This document shows, one piece after another, positions 29,225 through 37,464 of a DNA stretch of 64,000 bases. The notes beneath the pieces are model-generated. The model saw only the letters and a list, made by a program, of their open reading frames with translations, did no database searches and was not told where the DNA came from. The translations under genes were made by a program, and so were the position numbers. The stretch comes from Lachnospiraceae bacterium. GTDB taxonomy: Bacteria; Bacillota; Clostridia; Lachnospirales; Lachnospiraceae. The stretch lies in the NCBI GenBank assembly GCA_016290905.1, contig JAEEVO010000001.1, positions 61,412 through 125,411 of the forward strand. The letters run 5' to 3'. Every line of letters begins with the position of its first letter. Position 1 is the first letter of the stretch.

Positions 29225-31213
29225 TCAGAAACCTATGCGTGATTTTATTGCAAGCTTTTCGGAAAACTCCTTTTCGCTTGATGCGGCAATGAAATCTTCT
29301 TTTTTAAGTGTTATGTCCTTGTAGCCGGACATGGATGAACGCATGGCGGCTTTTGACCAGCAACGTTCATAAAGGTTACGGACAAAACGTGCATTTGCGA
29401 ATTCGGCCGACTGCATGTAGTCCTTTGAAAGAGAATCAAAATATTCTGAAGCGGCATTGGCGAATTCCGTGTCATATTTAAAATGCTTTTCAACAAAGGA
29501 CATGAAAATGTCATAGAGCTGTTTTCTGTCATAGCTTTCAAATTCCAGCAGGAACGGCATACGGCTTCTTAAACCGGCGTTGCCTTCCATAAGCTTGTTC
29601 ATGTCATCTTTATATCCTGCCATGACTACTACCATGTCATCACGGTGGTTTTCCATCTCCGAAACCAGAGTCGTAAGTGCTTCACGCCCGTAATCGGAGT
29701 TCCTGTCGTCACCCTGATAAAGGGCATAAGCTTCGTCTATGAAGAGTACCGAACCGTATGCGTCACGACAGATGGCGGATGTCTTGGGAGCGGTCTGTCC
29801 GATGTATTCACCGCAGAGGTCACGTGCGGAGTATTCGAAGAAATAGCCGTTTCTTAAGATCCCATTTTCCCTGAAAATCTGTCCGAGTATCCTTGCAACG
29901 GTTGTTTTTCCCGTACCCGGAGCGCCTGCAAATCTCATATGCAGACAGGGCCTGTCCATGGTCTTGTTTTCTATGGCAAGCTTTACCTGAGCAACAATCT
30001 CCCGTATCCTTTCCGAGATTTTTTCCATACCTATAAGCTCGGCAAGAGCGTCAAAGCCGTCCTTTGTCTTTTTGTTAAATGTAGGAGAAAGTTCCAGGAT
30101 ATCGTTCTGAAGTATGAGCTTGTTATCGATAGTCTTGTCCTCTGCGTTTCCTTTCAGAGAGTCGGATTTGGCCTTGAGCCAGAGCATCTCGTATACTACC
30201 TTCATTACAGACTGGATGCCGTAAAATCTGCCGTCGCTTTTTTCCTCGCAGATCCTTGAGAAAAATACGTCCCAGACAATATCCTCTGCAGAATAGCCGG
30301 CCTGAGTTACGGCTCTGACCGCACATTCCTTGAGCTCTTCATTATTGAACGGTTGGACGGATATTGCCCTTATATAAAGGATATCCGCAAGTACTTTACG
30401 TATGCTGTTGAAGGCGTCGGGCTCGAGAAAAGGTATCCTGAAGAAGAATATATAGGACTCCTGAACAGCTACAAGCTTGGTAAGGAAGGTTTTCAGCTCG
30501 TTGTGCTTTGACTTCTCAAGATACTCGCTGATATCGAGACATACCAGCTTGTCCGTTTCGTCTTCGCTGTAAAGAGCTTCTATGGCTTCGGGGATTGTCA
30601 TCGAGTCGGGCTCTGATTTTGCGGAAAGCCTGATCTCGACTACAGGCTGTTTTTCACTGAACTTGAACAGTTCAAGGTCTTCTATAAGCTGTTTGAAATC
30701 GTCAAGAGCAGTGGACAATCCGTATCCGTCATCGACGGAAATGAGGAAGTTCTGAAAGAGGAAGCTTTTGTATATCCCGTTTCTTTTTATCTGGGGAGAA
30801 ACAAGAAGTATCTCTTGACAGAGTTCCTTGAACTCCTCCCAGCCGACCTTGTCTGTAATGTTTTTAAAAGAATCGTAAACTGAGGGTGCATTTGCTCCGA
30901 TTTCGGAAACCTGAGCGGAAAGTATGCCGTCACAGCTTATGATATAGGTGTTTTCTTCTGTTTTGACGATAAAACGGTCTTCCGGAAGACCAACTGCTTC
31001 GATAAGTATCTGAAGTATGATCTTCCCGGCACCCTCACAACCTTCTGCCTCGGCTTTGAAACTTAAGCGTGTCAGGCTTTCCTCATCTATGAGCATATCC
31101 TGTAGTGATAAAGCCTGTATCTTATTTTTGATATCCTCTATAGGCAGAACCTCCGAATACTGTCTTGTAAGTACAAAATCGGGTTCGAGGGTAATCTGTA
31201 TGTTAACTATCAT
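29225..31213 (-). CDS. AAA+ ATPase, CbbX/SpoVK family, with about 400-aa N-terminal extension
   Basis: 662 aa. Walker A FAGAPGTGKTTVARILG, Walker B VLFIDEAYAL, sensor region MAGY...NAGLRSRMP. The N-terminal part shows no recognisable ATP-binding motifs. Confidence 0.8.
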   Translation of the reverse strand: MIVNIQITLEPDFVLTRQYSEVLPIEDIKNKIQALSLQDMLIDEESLTRLSFKAEAEGCEGAGKIILQILIEAVGLPEDRFIVKTEENTYIISCDGILSAQVSEIGANAPSVYDSFKNITDKVGWEEFKELCQEILLVSPQIKRNGIYKSFLFQNFLISVDDGYGLSTALDDFKQLIEDLELFKFSEKQPVVEIRLSAKSEPDSMTIPEAIEALYSEDETDKLVCLDISEYLEKSKHNELKTFLTKLVAVQESYIFFFRIPFLEPDAFNSIRKVLADILYIRAISVQPFNNEELKECAVRAVTQAGYSAEDIVWDVFFSRICEEKSDGRFYGIQSVMKVVYEMLWLKAKSDSLKGNAEDKTIDNKLILQNDILELSPTFNKKTKDGFDALAELIGMEKISERIREIVAQVKLAIENKTMDRPCLHMRFAGAPGTGKTTVARILGQIFRENGILRNGYFFEYSARDLCGEYIGQTAPKTSAICRDAYGSVLFIDEAYALYQGDDRNSDYGREALTTLVSEMENHRDDMVVVMAGYKDDMNKLMEGNAGLRSRMPFLLEFESYDRKQLYDIFMSFVEKHFKYDTEFANAASEYFDSLSKDYMQSAEFANARFVRNLYERCWSKAAMRSSMSGYKDITLKKEDFIAASSEKEFSEKLAIKSRIGF

Positions 31214-31427
31214 TTTATATTCTCCCTTTGATTTGATACTATTATTTTACACCAAAGCGAATGAACTGTCAAAGTAAAGTTATTTATCGGGTTATAAGAT
31301 CATGGACATTATTCTCCTGAAAAAGGTTGTCAAATACGGCGTTTTTTGATATACTTTAACATATGTTAAAAACTTGGGAAAACATATATCATATATTTCA
31401 CAAATTGAAAAAGGAGGAGGGATAAAG

Positions 31428-33185
31428 TTGAAAAACAGACACGTTGGCTCGATAGGAAAAGCGCTTTTATGTATTTTGCTTTTGGTTATCGTAATGGTTT
31501 TCGGATTTACGGCATGTAAAAAGAAAAACAGATCAAACAATACTGATGACAGCAAATCCGAGAGCAGTTCTTCCGGAAAGAATACGGAAAAAGCCGAAGG
31601 CGAGGATGGTTCGGACAACGAAAACAAGGATGAAAAAACCGAAGCTGATAAGCCGGATGAAAAAATCCCGGATAACAAAGAAAATAATGAAAATAATGAC
31701 AGCAATGATAACAACGGAAATAATGATACCGTCACTTATGACAATCTGGTAAATGAGGGATCGTCATATTTTTATTCGGGTGATTATACGCAGGCGATAA
31801 GTACTTTTGAAAAGGCCGTAAACTTGGATCCGTCCAGAAGCATGGCATATATACAGATGTATTATGTATATTTGAATATCGGCGACATTGATTCTGCGGA
31901 AGCTGTGGTAAACAGAGGACTCTCGAAGGTAACGGACAACACCGGCATACTTACCCTGAACATTCTCAGTGAAGGTATAAAGAAGGAGCGGGAGAAACGT
32001 AACGGTACTTCCGAAGATATTACACTTACCGTATGGTGTACATCGGATTATACTATGTATCGCAGCTCATTTACCAACGCGATAACGGATATGCAAACGA
32101 GATTCCCGAATATTCATGTTAAAACGGAAAGCTTTGAGATCGAAGCCTATAAAGAAAAACTTAAGGCTGCGGTACAGTCGGACGATCTGCCCGATATCTT
32201 CTCTACGTGGACAGGTTCCTTCTTAAAGGAGTTTGTGTCTAAGGACAGGATATATTGTCTTGATGATGCTTTGAAGGATTACATAGGAAAAGACATAGAT
32301 AAAGGAAAGTTTAGTTCCGCGACATTTGGCGGAAAGATATACGGTGTCCCGATGAATATGAATGTCGCTGTTCTCTTTGCCAATATGGATATATTGGAAA
32401 AGGTCGGATATTCTTATATACCGCAGACGTATGAAGAATTAGTGGACTGCTGTGACAGGCTTCTTGAGGCAGGGATCACACCTTTTGGCTGTACCGGTAA
32501 TGGGGTAGAGACTTGGTGCGTATCCGAATATTTTGAGTCTATGGCTGAAAAAATCATCGGGGCGGATTCACTGAGAAAAATGTTTATAGGAGAAGAAACG
32601 TATGATAACAGCGGATTGGCTTTGGCGGTGGATCTGCTTTGCGGCATGATCGGGCATGGATATTTTGATCCCAATGCTGTGAATCTGGGTAATGAAGAAG
32701 TCAAGGACAATTTTATCAAGGGACAGTATGCCTTTTATCTGAACGGTTCCTGGAATTGTGCCGATTTCTGTTATCGCGCCGGCTTTAAGATACAGGTTGC
32801 GGAATTCCCTGTTATAAACAGTTCGGAAGCATCGCTCGGACAGTTTGTCGGAGGACCGTACGAATGTCTTTCTGTTGCCCAATCTTCCCGTTATGCATCT
32901 GCTGCGGCAGAATATGCCGTTGAGCTTGCAAAAGCAGTCAGTCATTACGGATATCTTGAAGGCGTGGGGCTTCCCGCATGGAACGTAGATTATGATGACA
33001 GTGCGGTTAATTATATTGCCAGACAGGCGGCTGAACTTTGTAAAAATGCCGAATTCTCATGTTTTGCCGATTGTACTATGACGGCTGATGAAACCGTGAT
33101 TTATTACAAATATTTATCGCTTGTTTTTTACGGCGGAATTAACGGCGGAGAATTCATTAAAGGACTTACTTCTGATATAAGGTAA
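31428..33185 (+). CDS. Extracellular solute-binding lipoprotein (family 1, sugar-type) with N-terminal acidic linker and TPR-like segment
   Basis: Probable TTG start at 31428, 7 nt after AAAGGAGGAGGG (the track ATG 31374 lacks an RBS). Lipobox GFTAC. D/E/N/K-rich linker. TPR-like YFYSGDYTQAISTFEKAVNLDP. SBP_bac_1-like remainder (LPDIFSTWTGSF..., YGVPMNMN). Confidence 0.7.
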   Translation: MKNRHVGSIGKALLCILLLVIVMVFGFTACKKKNRSNNTDDSKSESSSSGKNTEKAEGEDGSDNENKDEKTEADKPDEKIPDNKENNENNDSNDNNGNNDTVTYDNLVNEGSSYFYSGDYTQAISTFEKAVNLDPSRSMAYIQMYYVYLNIGDIDSAEAVVNRGLSKVTDNTGILTLNILSEGIKKEREKRNGTSEDITLTVWCTSDYTMYRSSFTNAITDMQTRFPNIHVKTESFEIEAYKEKLKAAVQSDDLPDIFSTWTGSFLKEFVSKDRIYCLDDALKDYIGKDIDKGKFSSATFGGKIYGVPMNMNVAVLFANMDILEKVGYSYIPQTYEELVDCCDRLLEAGITPFGCTGNGVETWCVSEYFESMAEKIIGADSLRKMFIGEETYDNSGLALAVDLLCGMIGHGYFDPNAVNLGNEEVKDNFIKGQYAFYLNGSWNCADFCYRAGFKIQVAEFPVINSSEASLGQFVGGPYECLSVAQSSRYASAAAEYAVELAKAVSHYGYLEGVGLPAWNVDYDDSAVNYIARQAAELCKNAEFSCFADCTMTADETVIYYKYLSLVFYGGINGGEFIKGLTSDIR

Positions 33186-33243
33186 AAAAGAAAATGCCGG
33201 AGATTGGCGGATATGATCTAACCGCTTATCTCCGGTACTTTTC
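33186..33243. terminator. Bidirectional terminator between convergent genes
   Basis: CCGGAGAT...ATCTCCGG stem with inner GGCGG/CCGC pairing, flanked by an A-run 5' and a T-run 3'. Confidence 0.55.
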
Positions 33244-33266
33244 TATGGAAATTTGCATATGCAGCT

Positions 33267-33590
33267 CTATCTGTTGTTATCTCTTACAGGGTAATCATTG
33301 TTGCAATTGTTGTAATTATTGCTGTTGTAATTATTGTAACCGTTGTTATAGTTGTTATGATTATTGTTATAATCATAATTGTTATAACGGTTATAATCGT
33401 TCTGCCCCATATCCTGCGGCATGATCAGACCAAAGATAAAATATAGAAGAAGTCCCGAACCGAAACAGCAAATCGCTATTGCCCAAATGATCCTTACAAG
33501 TGTCGAATCGATGTGCAGATATTGAGCGATACCGCCGCATACGCCTAAGATTTTTTTATCCCTGCTGCTTTTAACCAATCTTGTTCCCAT
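33267..33590 (-). CDS. PspC-domain membrane protein with Asn/Tyr-rich C-terminal tail
   Basis: Start at MGTRLVKSSRDKKILGVCGGIAQYLHIDSTLVRIIWAI (canonical PspC motif), one TM segment, then NDYNRYNNYDYNNNHNNYNNGYNNYNSNNYNNCNNDY. Confidence 0.8.
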   Translation of the reverse strand: MGTRLVKSSRDKKILGVCGGIAQYLHIDSTLVRIIWAIAICCFGSGLLLYFIFGLIMPQDMGQNDYNRYNNYDYNNNHNNYNNGYNNYNSNNYNNCNNDYPVRDNNR

Positions 33591-33797
33591 AATAACCCTC
33601 CTGTGTCCATGCCGGTAGACATGGCTCATTATATTTTTATAGTATTCGCACCGGATCCGATGTCCGCCGTGTTTCTTTTGTTTATGTGCTTATTATACTA
33701 CCTTAAAAACTTTTTTACAGATGTTATGATGGAGAAATAAACGTGTTGTTTTCCCTTCGTAAAGCGAAATAAAAACAATCTTTTTATCGGAAACCGA

Positions 33798-33826
33798 TTG
33801 ACAAAAGAAGAATTACATATTATAAT
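33798..33826 (+). promoter_or_regulatory. Consensus SigA promoter of the nitrogenase-like/ABC operon
   Basis: Perfect TTGACA (33798-33803), 17 nt spacer, perfect TATAAT (33821-33826), about 340 nt upstream of the first ORF. Confidence 0.6.
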
Positions 33827-33958
33827 TGCGCTAGCTCTGACACCGAAACAGTTGTTAAGGTGAAAGAAAATGCAGTATACGGTATGTTCCGGCACGGGAA
33901 AGATATGTTCTGCCTGATGTCGCATGATCGTGAAGCAAATTCTGTTTGCTTACAGATA

Positions 33959-33975
33959 TTTCTTTAATAAAGAAA
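33959..33975. promoter_or_regulatory. 8-1-8 perfect palindrome in the leader (candidate operator)
   Basis: TTTCTTTA-A-TAAAGAAA, nested inside a CAGAT...ATCTG inverted repeat. Confidence 0.35.
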
Positions 33976-34048
33976 GATCATCTGTAAATAGCAAATGAAC
34001 ACAAAGGATAAAACTGCATGTAAATGAATTGACAATTTTCGGGTATCA

Positions 34049-34079
34049 GGGCTGCATCCGCTTGGAAGCAGTCCTTTTT
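34049..34079 (+). terminator. Terminator-like hairpin inside the operon leader (candidate attenuator / riboswitch expression platform)
   Basis: GGGCTGCATCC-GCTT-GGAAGCAGTCC followed by TTTTT, 85 nt upstream of ATG 34165 and about 220 nt downstream of the promoter. Confidence 0.5.
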
Positions 34080-34164
34080 AAATTGTTGGCTGAGCAAACG
34101 GTCACATAAGAGAGATTGCTCTTGAAATGTCCGATAAATATACTTAAAAAACGGAGAAAAGAAA

Positions 34165-34428
34165 ATGAAAAGCAGAGTTGCAGTAATATCGATAATACTT
34201 GAAGATGTTTCCTCGGTAGAGAAACTAAATTCCATCCTTTCAAAATACCGGGAGAGGATAATCGGGAGGATGGGACTTCCATACAGGGAAAAGAACGTTA
34301 ATATTATATGTGTTGCCGTAGATGCTCCCGAGGATGAAATAAACAGTATGACGGGGCAGATAGGCCGGTTAAACGGAGTATCAGCGAAAACAAATTATTC
34401 AAATGTAATGTCTGAATTGGATGGATAG
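34165..34428 (+). CDS. TM1266-family small ACT-fold protein (annotated elsewhere as putative iron-only hydrogenase system regulator)
   Basis: 87 aa. RVAVISIILEDVSSVEKLNSILSKYRERIIGRMGLPYREKNVNIICVAVDAPEDEINSMTGQIGRLNGV matches my memory of the TM1266/TIGR03959 pattern (..GRMG.PYRE....I......). Confidence 0.55.
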   Translation: MKSRVAVISIILEDVSSVEKLNSILSKYRERIIGRMGLPYREKNVNIICVAVDAPEDEINSMTGQIGRLNGVSAKTNYSNVMSELDG

Positions 34429-34463
34429 TATTTTTACGGCAGATTATTAAGGGGCTGACTAAG

Positions 34464-35450
34464 GTGAAAAAAAAGACAATTATAATACTGATCATACTTC
34501 CTGTTATAACAGCACTTGCAAGTTTATGTATCGGAAGGAATTCCGTAAGTCCGGCAGATGTATTTAAGGCATTGACAGGTTCACAGGACATACAGGGAAG
34601 CGTCAGGATAACCATTCAGAACATAAGACTTCCCAGAATCCTGCTTGGTCTGTTATGCGGCGCGGGACTTTCGGTTGCAGGCTGCAGCTTTCAGGGATTT
34701 TTCTCAAATCCTCTGGCAACTCCGGATACAATGGGAGTTGCGGGTGGCGCAAGCTTCGGTGCAGCGCTTGGACTGCTGTTTGGATTTAACATGATCGGAG
34801 TACAGGTTTTATCCCTTTGTATGGGACTGGGCGCGGTTCTCATGACCAGGCTTGCAGCTTCGGGAAGGGAGCATGGACCGGCAGTGCTCATAATTTCAGG
34901 CATAATGGTCGGAGCGCTTTTTTCGGCGCTGGTTTCACTGGTTAAATTTATTGCTGATGCGGAATCACAGCTTCCTGCCATCACCTATTGGCTGATGGGG
35001 AGCCTGGGGAGTGCGGGATATAAAAATCTTGCCATAGGAGCTCCGGTGATCATAGCCGGGATTGTTGTGATCTTTCTTCTCAGGTGGAGGATGAACCTGC
35101 TCTCTCTTTCGGAGGACGAGCTTACCGCTTCAGGGACAAACGTAAAGCTTTTAAGGTCTCTGGTTGTCATTTCTGCAACGGCTGTGACAGCATCAGTGAT
35201 TTCCATGTGCGGCCAGGTAGGCTGGGTAGGCCTTATCGTACCGCATATGTGCAGGCTGATCTGGGGACAGGATAACAGAAAGCTTATACCCGCTTCGATA
35301 TGTATCGGGGCAGCGTTCATGGTAATAGTCGATACGGTTGCCAGATCTGTTAGTGCGTCCGAGATACCGGTGTCAATACTTACTGCGATCATCGGTGCCC
35401 CTTTCTTTATCATGATACTTACATCAAGGAAGAAATTGGTGTCTGTTTAA
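34464..35450 (+). CDS. FecCD-family metal-chelate ABC importer permease
   Basis: 328 aa, GTG start. LPRILLGLLCGAGLSVAGCSFQGFFSNPLATPDTMGVAGGASFGAA is the hallmark FecCD/BtuC N-terminal region. About 9-10 TM segments. Confidence 0.9.
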   Translation: MKKKTIIILIILPVITALASLCIGRNSVSPADVFKALTGSQDIQGSVRITIQNIRLPRILLGLLCGAGLSVAGCSFQGFFSNPLATPDTMGVAGGASFGAALGLLFGFNMIGVQVLSLCMGLGAVLMTRLAASGREHGPAVLIISGIMVGALFSALVSLVKFIADAESQLPAITYWLMGSLGSAGYKNLAIGAPVIIAGIVVIFLLRWRMNLLSLSEDELTASGTNVKLLRSLVVISATAVTASVISMCGQVGWVGLIVPHMCRLIWGQDNRKLIPASICIGAAFMVIVDTVARSVSASEIPVSILTAIIGAPFFIMILTSRKKLVSV

Positions 35451-35473
35451 ATTGATAAAATGATGTTAAGTAG

Positions 35474-35546
35474 CTGTCATTCTGAGCGAAGCGAAGAATC
35501 TTAAGCTTTATCAGATAACATCCTTCGCTGACACTTAGGATGACAG
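35474..35546. repeat. REP-like palindrome, type A, copy 2
   Basis: CTGTCATTCTGAGCGAAGCGAAGAATC ... CATCCTTCGCTGACACTTAGGATGACAG. Lies in the 160-nt spacer between the permease and ATPase genes. Confidence 0.75.
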
Positions 35547-35610
35547 ATTAAAAGGATTGCTGTTATAAATTGGGTTTAGATAAGCCAAATGCGGTTCATT
35601 GGGTGGAAAA

Positions 35611-36414
35611 ATGAAAATACAGACCGAAAATGCTTCGTTTTCTTATGAAAACAGAAAAGGTGGCAGGACAATCTTTGATAAAGTTAATACGTCCCTTGAC
35701 GGAGGACGGATAATGGCGATACTTGGGCCTAACGGAAGCGGAAAGACAACGTTCTTAAGATGCCTTATGGGAATGCTGAAGTGGACGGACGGGAGAAGTC
35801 TTTTTGACGGGCGGGATACAAATACCATGAGCCCCAAAGAGTTCTGGGAAAAGGTCAGCTATGTTCCTCAGCAGCGCATGGCAACTTCCGGATATTCAGC
35901 ATTTGAAAACGTGCTTCTTGGCAGGAGCGGGCAGGTGTCGTTTTTTGGAACGCCGGGGAAAGCCGATATCGAGGCAGCGGAAGGAATAATGGAAGAACTT
36001 GGCATCATCGAATACAGAAACAGACCGTGCAGTTCTTTAAGCGGAGGAGAGTTTCAGATGATTCTGATAGCAAAGGCATTGGTTTCCAACCCAAAGCTTC
36101 TGATACTTGACGAGCCCGAATCGGGGCTTGATTTCAGAAACCAGCTGATAGTCCTGAACACCTTGGACAGATTAAAGGAGAAAGGCATAAGCTGTATATT
36201 CAATACACATTACCCGAAACACGCTCTTCAGAAAGCGGATGTTTCACTGATACTCGGAGGCGAAAAACCGATATTCGGGAAGACCGGGGAAGTGGTTAAT
36301 GAAAAGAATATTGAGAACGTGTTCGGTGTCAGGGCTGTAATAAACGAGTTGGTGGTGGACGGTGAGACCATAAAGAATATCGTCCCCCTGTATGTGACCG
36401 GCAGGAAGGATTAA
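35611..36414 (+). CDS. Metal-chelate ABC importer ATP-binding protein (FepC/BtuD-like)
   Basis: Walker A GPNGSGKTT, signature LSGGEFQ, Walker B LLILDEPESGLD. ATG 35611. Confidence 0.9.
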   Translation: MKIQTENASFSYENRKGGRTIFDKVNTSLDGGRIMAILGPNGSGKTTFLRCLMGMLKWTDGRSLFDGRDTNTMSPKEFWEKVSYVPQQRMATSGYSAFENVLLGRSGQVSFFGTPGKADIEAAEGIMEELGIIEYRNRPCSSLSGGEFQMILIAKALVSNPKLLILDEPESGLDFRNQLIVLNTLDRLKEKGISCIFNTHYPKHALQKADVSLILGGEKPIFGKTGEVVNEKNIENVFGVRAVINELVVDGETIKNIVPLYVTGRKD

Positions 36415-36449
36415 GTGTTGTCCTGCTGAATCGGTTAGTAATCATGTTT

Positions 36450-36521
36450 TGTCATCCCGAGCGTCAGTGAAGGATCTTATCGCGTAAGGTTAAAAGATTC
36501 TTCGCTTCGCTCAGAATGACA
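36450..36521. repeat. REP-like palindrome, type A, copy 3 (inverted relative to copies 1-2)
   Basis: TGTCATCCCGAGCGTCAGTGAAGGATC ... GATTCTTCGCTTCGCTCAGAATGACA. Lies in the 194-nt spacer between the ATPase and NifH-like genes. Confidence 0.75.
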
Positions 36522-36608
36522 TCTGTAAATGGTTGTTCATAACAGGCTTATCGGGAAAGGAAAAAAGGTTCGTTTCCCGGAGAAATGAATTATGAGGTGA
36601 CAAACTAT

Positions 36609-37355
36609 ATGAGAAAGATAGCAATATACGGAAAAGGCGGAATAGGAAAATCGACTACGGTTTCGAATGTGGCTGTAGCCCTAAGCAGGAAGGGTTATAA
36701 GGTCATGCAGATAGGCTGTGATCCCAAGGCTGATTCAACCATGGCACTCAGGAAGGATAAGGAGATAAAAACGGTGCTCGATCTTATCCGGGAGAAAAAG
36801 AATGACTTTGATCATACGGATATGGTGACGGTAGGCGCGGAAGGCGTGCTGTGTGTTGAAGCGGGCGGACCTACGCCGGGAGTAGGATGTGCCGGAAGAG
36901 GTATAATAGCGGCACTTGACAAGCTGAAAGAAAAAGGAGCCTACGAAATATATAAACCTGATATCGTATTATACGATGTTCTCGGAGATGTTGTGTGCGG
37001 CGGATTTTCAATGCCTATGCATGCAGGCTACGCCGACTGCGTATATATTGTAACCTCGGGAGAAAACATGGCGATACATGCAGCTGCAAACATAGCAATG
37101 GCCATAGATAATTTCAGGTCGAGAGGATATGCTTCACTGGGCGGGCTGATACTAAACCATCGCGATGTTAAGAATGAAAGACAGAAGGTAGAAGAGCTTG
37201 CCTCGGACTTTAATACTCAGATTATAGGTGAGCTTACCCGAAGCGAAACGGTAAGCCTTGCAGAGGAACTCGGAAAGACTGTCATGGAAGCATTCCCCGA
37301 CAGTGACATGGCAAGAGAATATGAAGCGCTTGCGGATAAGCTTATAGGATATTAA
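36609..37355 (+). CDS. NifH/BchL/CfbC-family nitrogenase-like reductase ATPase (Fe-protein homolog)
   Basis: [18 protein letters not shown]-loop, switch [10 protein letters not shown], cluster ligands in VGCAGRGII and [11 protein letters not shown] (switch II). Confidence 0.9.
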   Translation: MRKIAIYGKGGIGKSTTVSNVAVALSRKGYKVMQIGCDPKADSTMALRKDKEIKTVLDLIREKKNDFDHTDMVTVGAEGVLCVEAGGPTPGVGCAGRGIIAALDKLKEKGAYEIYKPDIVLYDVLGDVVCGGFSMPMHAGYADCVYIVTSGENMAIHAAANIAMAIDNFRSRGYASLGGLILNHRDVKNERQKVEELASDFNTQIIGELTRSETVSLAEELGKTVMEAFPDSDMAREYEALADKLIGY

Positions 37356-37365
37356 GGTCAAAAGC

Positions 37366-37417
37366 CCAAACACCGGGAAGAAGCGATTTACTTTGAAAAA
37401 TCGCGGCATCCGGGGTG
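37366..37417. repeat. REP-like repeat, type B, copy 2
   Basis: CCAAACACCGGGAAGAAGCGATTTACTTTGAAAAATCGCGGCATCCGGGGTG. About 85 percent identical to 28622-28663 by eye. Lies in the 109-nt spacer between the NifH-like and NifD-like genes. Confidence 0.7.
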
Positions 37418-37464
37418 AAAAAAATTTGAAGAGAAAGGGACGTCGTGATCCGACCGGATAAGAT

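Noticed and set aside
33194-33424. A Cys/Tyr/Asn-rich 76-aa ORF that looks like a RiPP or bacteriocin precursor
   Set aside because: It is the reverse complement of the AAT/TAT/AAC-rich codons of the PspC tail. It has no RBS, and its start sits inside the bidirectional terminator.
33830-34160. A cobalamin riboswitch upstream of the BtuCDF-like importer genes
   Set aside because: There is a weak GGTGAAAG / CTGCC resemblance. However, I cannot find the B12 box (GCCACTG), the CCCGC..ACTGT element or the AGYCAGGAGACCTGCC terminus. It is left as an unclassified structured leader.
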